Shown here piece by piece: positions 52,351-58,169 of a stretch of 58,169 nt of DNA. A program made the translations under genes and the position numbers. Numbering within the stretch: the first letter of the stretch is position 1; every line of letters begins with the position of its first letter. The DNA lies in the IMG/VR virus record IMGVR_UViG_3300002461_000235, positions 1 through 58,169 of that record. One strand, 5' to 3'. This DNA is from a virus. The notes beneath the pieces are model-generated. The model had not been told where the DNA came from. It did no database searches and saw only the letters and a program-made list of their open reading frames with translations.

Positions 52351-52623
52351 ATGATTAAATTTATTAAGCTGACTGAAGCAATGAGCAATAATAATACAAC
52401 TCCTATAATTCTAAATGCAGCCTCAATATCATCAATTAGAATATCTAGCAAAGGCATCGATACTCACATTTGCATTGATAATGGACCTATAATTAAATAT
52501 TATTTTGTTAAAGAGAGTGTTGAGCAGATTTGGGAAATGCTCAACACTGACTTTACCCGCGCTCCTGTTGTTATGAATGCCGATGAAGCTTTGAGATACT
52601 ATAAAAATAAGGATGGAGTGTGA
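52351..52623 (+). CDS. hypothetical early protein
   Basis: ORF-track ORF. Confidence 0.5.
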   Translation: MIKFIKLTEAMSNNNTTPIILNAASISSIRISSKGIDTHICIDNGPIIKYYFVKESVEQIWEMLNTDFTRAPVVMNADEALRYYKNKDGV

Positions 52624-52766
52624 CTTACATTATAGCAGCCATAGCTGTATTAATTTCAGGTTGGATCATAACACAAAGTAGGAGCGGCGAGGCCACTCCT
52701 GCTGTATTTGCATTAGGTATTGGGATTGGCATTATTATAGGGGGATTGTCAAGTGGTTTGGGATAA
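52620..52766 (+). CDS. possible 48-aa two-TM membrane peptide (GTG start)
   Basis: Own translation VTYIIAAIAVLISGWIITQ...FALGIGIGIIIGGLSSGLG. Confidence 0.35.
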   Translation: MTYIIAAIAVLISGWIITQSRSGEATPAVFALGIGIGIIIGGLSSGLG

Positions 52767-53187
52767 GGAATGGCCTAAATATAAAATTAAAAGCTTGGAT
52801 AGTCCTAAGCTTGAGGAAGAGATGGCTCAGATAAATAGCTATTTTGAAATGCCAAAACAGCCTCCTATTTGGACAGGACTTGATATAGCTATTGGCGAAA
52901 AGACAGTATTGACTACTGTAGTTGATGGGATTATCTGGCATGAAGAAATTAAAATTGAAAAGGTCTACAATAATTTGAAACCAACTCATGACCCATACAC
53001 TAACCCTAATGCCATTCTTTATCATGAGTGTGGTTGTGGAGCCATCCTTGATCCGGGTACAAAAAGTTTTGCAGCTCTGAATAATGCGGCAAGTAATGAA
53101 GGTTGGAAGATACGATGGAAAGCCAATGGTGATGGTTATAAAGCTTTTTGTGCTGAGTGTTCTCTCGCTAATAATATTGGAGATTGA
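52753..53187 (+). CDS. hypothetical early protein with a Cys-rich C-terminus; start uncertain (GTG)
   Basis: ORF-track ORF; HECGCG...CAECS. Confidence 0.5.
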   Translation: MVWDKEWPKYKIKSLDSPKLEEEMAQINSYFEMPKQPPIWTGLDIAIGEKTVLTTVVDGIIWHEEIKIEKVYNNLKPTHDPYTNPNAILYHECGCGAILDPGTKSFAALNNAASNEGWKIRWKANGDGYKAFCAECSLANNIGD

Positions 53188-53393
53188 TAGTGACTGATAC
53201 CGATATTATTGATTTTCTTGACAAATGGCATACTTTACATTATAAAATTGAAGCTTTGTATGTTGTAGATGGCTATATAGTTACGTTAACTCATGACGAT
53301 ATAGAAATTATGACTACTGAAGCTGAAACTCTCAGAGGAGCTTATTTGTCATTAATGAAAATGGATATGCCTCAACATCCGTCAGAGCGTTGA
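53184..53393 (+). CDS. hypothetical early protein
   Basis: ORF-track ORF. Confidence 0.5.
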   Translation: MIVTDTDIIDFLDKWHTLHYKIEALYVVDGYIVTLTHDDIEIMTTEAETLRGAYLSLMKMDMPQHPSER

Positions 53394-53411
53394 GTGTGGG
53401 AAGGATGTAGA

Positions 53412-53564
53412 ATGAAAGATGATATTACTAAAACAATAAGGCATCTAATTGAGACTAAACCTAATCCTAGCTTCAGCTTAGACACAACTAACCTGAGATG
53501 GATCATGGCAGCTCTAGAGCTTTTATTGCTAATTCAACTTTCAAAGAAAATTGGCGATGATTAA
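53412..53564 (+). CDS. possible 50-aa protein
   Basis: Own translation MKDDITKTIRHLIETKPNPSF...; AAGGA RBS. Confidence 0.4.
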   Translation: MKDDITKTIRHLIETKPNPSFSLDTTNLRWIMAALELLLLIQLSKKIGDD

Positions 53565-53888
53565 ACCTTGGCTAATCAGAGCTTGCATATCAATGCCTAT
53601 CCTGATAGGGTTGGCTTTAATTGTTAAATGGGAATTAATCAAATGATTTACTTTTATAAAGTAATTTGCCATCGCTCAAGCGGCGATGTTGAGAAAATTT
53701 TAATTAGAAAAACTCGTATGTCATTTCAGGACCAAATGTTTATGCATTATTCTATACTTGATGTTTATGAAATTGAAACTCTAGGAATGTAAAATGAGAA
53801 ACGATATCAATCGTCACTATAATGACATTCCTTGGTACTATGCTGTACCGTTTGGGGTGGCAATCTTTATTGTATGGTTGATGGTGAA

Positions 53889-54050
53889 ATGAGCGCAACC
53901 ATTCATATTTTAAACTATCCTGAGATGCTATCGGCTCGCTTCAAGCTTGAGCAATATAAAAAGCAATTTGCTGAGGAGCGTAAAGCGATTAGGCTTAGGC
54001 TTACGCTAGCGATTATTGAGGAGATATTAAATGAACCTCAAAGAATATAG
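53889..54050 (+). CDS. hypothetical early protein
   Basis: In-frame ATG (MSATIHILNYPEM...) within track ORF 53832-54050. Confidence 0.45.
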   Translation: MSATIHILNYPEMLSARFKLEQYKKQFAEERKAIRLRLTLAIIEEILNEPQRI

Positions 54051-54210
54051 TGAGCGAGTATTGCGGCCTATCGCGCTCAATGCTATTAAGTCAGGCTCTT
54101 GTGATCAAGCTATACAATTGCGCGATGTTTTAGATTTTTACAAAGATGATTTAGAAATGATGCAAGCTATTAATGATAGAATAAAGGTGATTAATGAAAG
54201 GTCCTTGTGA
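54031..54210 (+). CDS. possible 59-aa protein
   Basis: Own translation MNLKEYSERVLRPIALNAIKSGS...; GAGGAG RBS. Confidence 0.45.
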   Translation: MNLKEYSERVLRPIALNAIKSGSCDQAIQLRDVLDFYKDDLEMMQAINDRIKVINERSL

Positions 54211-54439
54211 GCATTGCGGTAATGCTGATAAAGCTAATTGGCTATCACAGTGCCTCTACAAAGGCAGCTTTCCTAGTCGTCGCGCTTTTATCTTATCTAC
54301 GTTTGATCCACCTTGCGCTAGCGATGCTTATGATGAAGGCCAAAGAGAGTTAGCTAAAGATAGAAAACGTCATTTTGTAATGCTTATTGTTGGTCCTATC
54401 CTATTAGTAATTTTTATAATCTTAATGGTAAAATCATGA
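54194..54439 (+). CDS. hypothetical protein with a C-terminal TM helix
   Basis: ORF-track ORF; FVMLIVGPILLVIFIILMV. Confidence 0.5.
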   Translation: MKGPCEHCGNADKANWLSQCLYKGSFPSRRAFILSTFDPPCASDAYDEGQRELAKDRKRHFVMLIVGPILLVIFIILMVKS

Positions 54440-54621
54440 AAAACCGTAAGCAGCTTCTAGCGGACTTTTATTTGGAATTGTTGGCTATACCTGTTAATAC
54501 TCCTACAAATAACTTTGCAAATTTAAGGGATGCTGTTTTAGTTGCTTTGTGCAATGAGCTTGATAGTGATATTATTACAGTACAGCGTATCTTTGAACGA
54601 ATGGCGCAAGAGGACAAATGA
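54436..54621 (+). CDS. hypothetical early protein
   Basis: ORF-track ORF. Confidence 0.5.
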   Translation: MKNRKQLLADFYLELLAIPVNTPTNNFANLRDAVLVALCNELDSDIITVQRIFERMAQEDK

Positions 54622-54743
54622 CAACCTATCCAGCTAAAAAGTTAAAGCGAGTGGAGAAAGCTAAACGCTGTATTGATTGCGGTAATCCGTCAGCTCCTCC
54701 TTCAATGCTTTGTCTAGAATGCCAAGCTGAGAATAAGCAATGA
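54618..54743 (+). CDS. possible 41-aa zinc-ribbon peptide
   Basis: Own translation MTTYPAKKLKRVEKAKRCIDCGNPSAPPSMLCLECQAENKQ. Confidence 0.35.
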   Translation: MTTYPAKKLKRVEKAKRCIDCGNPSAPPSMLCLECQAENKQ

Positions 54744-54979
54744 AATATTTTAAAAATTTAAAACTAACTGACCGTGACAAATATCTATTGACAGTAACAA
54801 TAGTTTGTTGTGTGTTAATAGTTTGGATGACAGGGAGCTTGATTATTCATGCGAGATAGCAAAAACGAGGTAAAATAATGTGTGTTGATGGTCCCGGATT
54901 TGCTGGTGGAATGCTCTGCTTATCCATCGCAGCTTATCACATAGCTAAGATGTATTTTGATTATAAGAAAATCAAGTAA

Positions 54980-55246
54980 ATGGCATTTGCTCTTAGGCCA
55001 ACTGAGCAAATAGTAGCTGATGCTAAGGAGCTGTTAAGGTTATTTCGGTTTAGCTTTGAAAAAGCTGAAATTACACTTGAGTATTTTCCATTAGAGCATC
55101 GATATGGCTTAGCTGCTAAAGGATCAGTATTCACTTTAAAAATTAAAATGAATGCTGACTGGAATGATAACTTAAAATATCAGAATAGACGTGGCTTTTA
55201 TCAACGCCTAGGGCTTATTCCGGTTTGGTCTGATCCTGTATGTTAA
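54980..55246 (+). CDS. hypothetical early protein
   Basis: ORF-track ORF. Confidence 0.5.
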   Translation: MAFALRPTEQIVADAKELLRLFRFSFEKAEITLEYFPLEHRYGLAAKGSVFTLKIKMNADWNDNLKYQNRRGFYQRLGLIPVWSDPVC

Positions 55247-55252
55247 TGGAGA

Positions 55253-55498
55253 ATGCTGATGGATAATGAAATGATTGAGAGATGTAAAACAGAACTAGAA
55301 CGCTGCTTCGCACCAGCTATAGATTTCAAAGCGCCATATGCTAAAGTAATGTCTGATATGGCAATCAAGGCCATAATTAAAGCTATGCGAGAGCCTACTG
55401 AGAAGATGCTTAGTGCTGATGAAGTGCATCCTTCTTGCCATATGTGCGGTGGACATAAAGAAGGATGGCAAAATATGATTGATGCTATAATCACATGA
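55253..55498 (+). CDS. hypothetical early protein
   Basis: ORF-track ORF. Confidence 0.5.
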   Translation: MLMDNEMIERCKTELERCFAPAIDFKAPYAKVMSDMAIKAIIKAMREPTEKMLSADEVHPSCHMCGGHKEGWQNMIDAIIT

Positions 55499-55728
55499 GC
55501 AATCCTTCTGTAGAAGATGCAATTAAGCAGCTCGTACTGGCTAATGCTGATAGTGAAATTAAGTCTCTTGTGTTTGTTATGATCAATAATGATGGAGAGC
55601 CTGAGATGCAAATAGCAATGGCTCCCGGTACAGCTTATGCTGTTGTGACAAGTCTGGAGATATTGAAAGTTAATATCATTAGCAAAATTATTAATGATGG
55701 TGGTATAGCACCAAAGGAGAGGGAATGA
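55495..55728 (+). CDS. hypothetical early protein
   Basis: ORF-track ORF, 4-nt overlap. Confidence 0.5.
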   Translation: MSNPSVEDAIKQLVLANADSEIKSLVFVMINNDGEPEMQIAMAPGTAYAVVTSLEILKVNIISKIINDGGIAPKERE

Positions 55729-55919
55729 TAAATTGGTATCTTGTGATGGCTAATTTGTACATAGGACCATTCACAGAAGATAGCTGTAAAAAAGCTGAGC
55801 TTTATATTCCTGCTATATGTAAGCAAGCTGACTATTTATATGCTTGTGCTATTGATGGTAGACATGGAGTATATACGACATGCCCACATTTTACTTATCC
55901 TGAGATTAAAATCAAATGA
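55725..55919 (+). CDS. hypothetical early protein
   Basis: ORF-track ORF, 4-nt overlap. Confidence 0.5.
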   Translation: MINWYLVMANLYIGPFTEDSCKKAELYIPAICKQADYLYACAIDGRHGVYTTCPHFTYPEIKIK

Positions 55920-56395
55920 CTTGGGGCAATCCGCCAAAATTCAAGCCTGATCCTCCTAAGAAGGGGAAGAAGATCACTCCTGAAGATTTAGCTGCTAGTG
56001 GCTCAGAGGATGGGCATCAGGCAGCTTTATTCTGTTGGGCTGCTGATGAAGTCATTGCTGGACGCTACCCACAATTGCAATGGATGTTTGCCATTCCAAA
56101 CGGCGGCTCCCGGCATATTGCTGAGGCAACTAAGTTTGTGGGTACTGGTACGAGGAGCGGCGTTCCTGATATATTTTTGCCTTGTGTATCTGGTAGAGCC
56201 ATTGGGCCTAAATATTATGGCTGCTTTATCGAAATGAAGCATGAAAAGTATAGACGGCATCATAACGGAGGAGCTAAGCTAGATCAAATTGAGTATATGG
56301 AGTATCTTGCTGGAGCTGGCTATTATTGTAAAGTCTGTTATAGCTGGACTGAAGCTAGGGATACGTTGATTACTTATTTGGAGGGGAAATTGTGA
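55916..56395 (+). CDS. VRR-NUC domain nuclease
   Basis: GVPDIFLP...YGCFIEMKHEK (PD...ExK in the VRR-NUC arrangement). Confidence 0.7.
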   Translation: MTWGNPPKFKPDPPKKGKKITPEDLAASGSEDGHQAALFCWAADEVIAGRYPQLQWMFAIPNGGSRHIAEATKFVGTGTRSGVPDIFLPCVSGRAIGPKYYGCFIEMKHEKYRRHHNGGAKLDQIEYMEYLAGAGYYCKVCYSWTEARDTLITYLEGKL

Positions 56396-56646
56396 CTGTA
56401 TTAATTAAAGATATGACGCGCCGTCAAGCTGCTGAAAAGCTTCATGGTATTGTACATCCTGAAACATTAGTACAAGCGTTAGAAGTTTTAGGAGTGATTA
56501 AATTTGAACAGCCTGAGCCTAAGCGACAAATTGAGCTTGTTTCTCATAGCACTCGATTTCAAGATACTTTTGGGACAATCAAAGTAGAGCTTTGGCCTGA
56601 TGGATTGGTGCTTTGGGTTGGTGGACAAATTAGATGGAAAAATTGA
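56392..56646 (+). CDS. hypothetical early protein
   Basis: ORF-track ORF. Confidence 0.5.
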   Translation: MTVLIKDMTRRQAAEKLHGIVHPETLVQALEVLGVIKFEQPEPKRQIELVSHSTRFQDTFGTIKVELWPDGLVLWVGGQIRWKN

Positions 56647-56656
56647 CAATAAGTAG

Positions 56657-56683
56657 TTGACTTTAATTTTTTAACCGTATAGA
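56657..56683 (+). promoter_or_regulatory. early promoter P5: TTGACT-N15-TATAGA (AACCG before the -10), with a second TTGACA 14 bp upstream
   Basis: Read directly. Confidence 0.5.
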
Positions 56684-56712
56684 TAGGCTGTATTCTAACT
56701 GGAGTACAGCCT

Positions 56713-56898
56713 ATGTGCATTCTTGATAGAGCTTCCCATATGTACGCTAAAGGCTTCAGAGATTGCCGCGACAATCGCCCAAAACTTCATGAAAATGATG
56801 GTACTTTTGTAGGTCATGATTATGATGAAGGCTGGTGGGCTTGCTGGAATGAGCAGTATTGGGATGCAATGACAGAAAATAAGAGAAGGAGCGCCTAA
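56713..56898 (+). CDS. hypothetical early protein
   Basis: ORF-track ORF. Confidence 0.5.
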   Translation: MCILDRASHMYAKGFRDCRDNRPKLHENDGTFVGHDYDEGWWACWNEQYWDAMTENKRRSA

Positions 56899-56900
56899 TT

Positions 56901-57554
56901 ATGACTTCATCAGCCCGCAAAAAAATGCTCGAAAAAGTCAGAGCCATGCTCAATACTGAGGGCAGGACTGAAGCAGAAATTATGGCCTTCCTAGCCAAGG
57001 CTAGGGAACTGATGGCGGCTTATGACATTGATGAAAGCGAGCTTAACGCCGCTGAAAAGGCTGAAGTTCATAAAACGGCTGTTTCTGACCCTTACGATAT
57101 TAAAAAGGGTTTAAGCGTCAATGTAGGTAAATTTACCAGCACAAAGGCCTTTAGGGACCGTGAGCAGACTATCTGCTTTGCTGGTAAACCTAGCGATATC
57201 ATTTTTGCAACATGGCTGCTAGATACGCTCCAGCGCTTTGTCATGCGTGCTTTGCGCCAGTATCAGAAGGATTTGATTAAGAATAAGGGAGCGTTTCATA
57301 GCAATAACCTGACTTCAGCTAGCTTTGTTGCAGGTTGTACTCATAGAATTAATGAGAAGCTTGCTGAGCTTGCTCCCAAGAATTGGGCTATAACCCAAGA
57401 CTTGATAGTAAAAGAGCTGAATATGTCTTTGGTGAAGTCTAGAGGGCCTTCCAAGCGGCTTAGTGAAAAAGATGCAGCAGCAGGTATTAAGGCTGGCAAT
57501 AGTGCTAGATTTGATAGGCCGGTTGAGGCTGGAGGAGGGAAATATTTGAAATGA
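56901..57554 (+). CDS. DUF2786-like protein
   Basis: N-terminal KKMLEKVRAMLNTEGRTEAEIMAFLAKARELMAAYDI matches my recollection of the DUF2786 consensus. Confidence 0.55.
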   Translation: MTSSARKKMLEKVRAMLNTEGRTEAEIMAFLAKARELMAAYDIDESELNAAEKAEVHKTAVSDPYDIKKGLSVNVGKFTSTKAFRDREQTICFAGKPSDIIFATWLLDTLQRFVMRALRQYQKDLIKNKGAFHSNNLTSASFVAGCTHRINEKLAELAPKNWAITQDLIVKELNMSLVKSRGPSKRLSEKDAAAGIKAGNSARFDRPVEAGGGKYLK

Positions 57555-57715
57555 CGTATGTTTGCCCATATTTGTCTGAATTAGACGAAAGTATTAAACA
57601 TGCTGAGCGAGTTATTAATGGTAGCTCTATGAATACAGAATGGTGGAAAGCCTATAGAGCTGACTTGCTTAGAAGAATGATTAGGCATCAATTGCTAGAA
57701 TTTGATAGAAATTAA
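57551..57715 (+). CDS. possible 54-aa protein
   Basis: Own translation MTYVCPYLSELDESIKHAERVINGSSMNTEWW...; ATGA overlap. Confidence 0.4.
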   Translation: MTYVCPYLSELDESIKHAERVINGSSMNTEWWKAYRADLLRRMIRHQLLEFDRN

Positions 57716-57737
57716 TTAAATAATTTAAAAATAGATG

Positions 57738-57766
57738 TTGACATGGATTGCTGATACGTTTATAAC
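57738..57766 (+). promoter_or_regulatory. early promoter P6: TTGACA-N17-TATAAC (ACGTT before the -10)
   Basis: Read directly. Confidence 0.6.
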
Positions 57767-57794
57767 TTAATTTATCAGCAACGGAGATAAACAA

Positions 57795-57998
57795 ATGTCT
57801 AAGACTTGGGATCAACGCCGCAATGCACAAGTGATTGAAATGCGCCGTGAGAATGCTCGGGATGCAATCAGGTCATTGCGGCGCTATCGCGCTGAAGGCA
57901 CTCTTTCTCATATCGAAATGCTCAGCGTTAAGTTTCGCGTTCAAGAGTTAGTTTCTCTGTATCGTCAAACTAACAAAGTTCTTTGCAAGAATATCTAA
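57795..57998 (+). CDS. hypothetical early protein
   Basis: ORF-track ORF with a GGAG RBS. Confidence 0.55.
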   Translation: MSKTWDQRRNAQVIEMRRENARDAIRSLRRYRAEGTLSHIEMLSVKFRVQELVSLYRQTNKVLCKNI

Positions 57999-58006
57999 AA
58001 TAATAG

Positions 58007-58036
58007 TTGACTTAAATAATTAAACCGTCCATAAAC
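58007..58036 (+). promoter_or_regulatory. early promoter P7: TTGACT-N18-ATAAAC (AACCGTCC before the -10), driving the ParB-like gene
   Basis: Read directly; followed by the conserved leader AATGGAGAATGTAAAATG. Confidence 0.55.
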
Positions 58037-58066
58037 AAATCACTCTCAACCAATGGAGAATGTAAA

Positions 58067-58169
58067 ATGGCTTCACTTAAGGAAATGGGTACTCGCAAGG
58101 AGTTCTACCAAATTGATCCGCGTAAGTTGCAGATTAAGGGTGACTGGAATAGCCGTGATTTCACTGATC
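58067..58169 (+). CDS. parB: 5' end of the ParB-like gene (MASLKEMGTRKEF...), continuing at base 95 of the circular map
   Basis: ATG at 58067 lies in frame with the repeat copy of ORF 10-822. Confidence 0.7.
   Translation, partial: MASLKEMGTRKEFYQIDPRKLQIKGDWNSRDFTD
58076..58169. repeat. Right copy of the 94-bp terminal direct repeat
   Basis: Identical to bases 1-94. Confidence 0.95.

Noticed and set aside
53218-53246. Perfect-looking sigma70 promoter TTGACA-N17-TATAAA
   Set aside because: It lies inside the coding sequence of 53184-53393. It lacks the CGT element and upstream AATAATTTAAAA shared by the early-promoter family. In an AT-rich genome a chance match is plausible. It is not listed as a feature but could be checked by transcription start site mapping.
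1-58169. Temperate lifestyle or plasmid prophage, because of the ParB-like gene
   Set aside because: I recognised no integrase, excisionase, CI/Cro-type repressor pair, ParA, protelomerase or plasmid Rep. ParB-domain proteins are common in virulent phages. The lifestyle is left undetermined and leans lytic.

Overview
The window is one complete, circularly closed phage genome. Bases 1-94 are identical to 58076-58169, giving a unit length of about 58,075 bp. It is an AT-rich dsDNA podovirus-type genome.

Plus-strand morphogenesis block (about 6.1-33.6 kb):
- TerS-like protein, PBSX-type TerL and portal
- a 1018-aa virion-type protein, a scaffold and a P22-coat-like major capsid protein
- P22 gp4-like and gp10-like tail adaptor and hub
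- ejection-type proteins and a tail-collar/beta-helix fibre
- a GH19 endolysin with holin/spanin-like genes

Convergent minus-strand replication block (33.8-45.5 kb):
- a DNA polymerase with family-B-type motifs and a clamp-like protein
- an SF2 helicase and a Cas4-like nuclease
- a DUF669-like SSB and a Sak4-like ATPase

Next come a plus-strand RHH gene, an AEP primase-helicase, an iteron/AT-repeat origin-like region, and about 10 kb of very small early genes. These early genes are driven by a repeated TTGACW...CGT..TATA promoter family that runs across the circular junction into a ParB-like gene. I saw no integrase, repressor or reverse transcriptase. There are three free-standing homing endonucleases (two GIY-YIG, one EndoVII/HNH).

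Most unusual observations:
1. A complete tRNA(CAU) cloverleaf with encoded CCA sits in frame inside the primase-helicase ORF, at the domain junction.
2. A 140-nt tRNA-like RNA has a canonical acceptor, Leu-type D arm and T arm. It has no 7-nt anticodon loop, and two extended arms are both capped by the palindrome GUUGCAAC. A roughly 200-nt structured non-coding leader precedes it.
3. Four beta-rich, fibre-like proteins, including the tail fibre itself, carry classical Sec-type signal peptides ending A-x-A/Q. Three of them lie in a moron-like insertion between TerS and TerL.
4. An 85-aa Cys-rich protein ends in the SSB C-terminal tip motif D-I-P-F.

All calls come from reading the sequence and from motif memory. 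No database searches were run.
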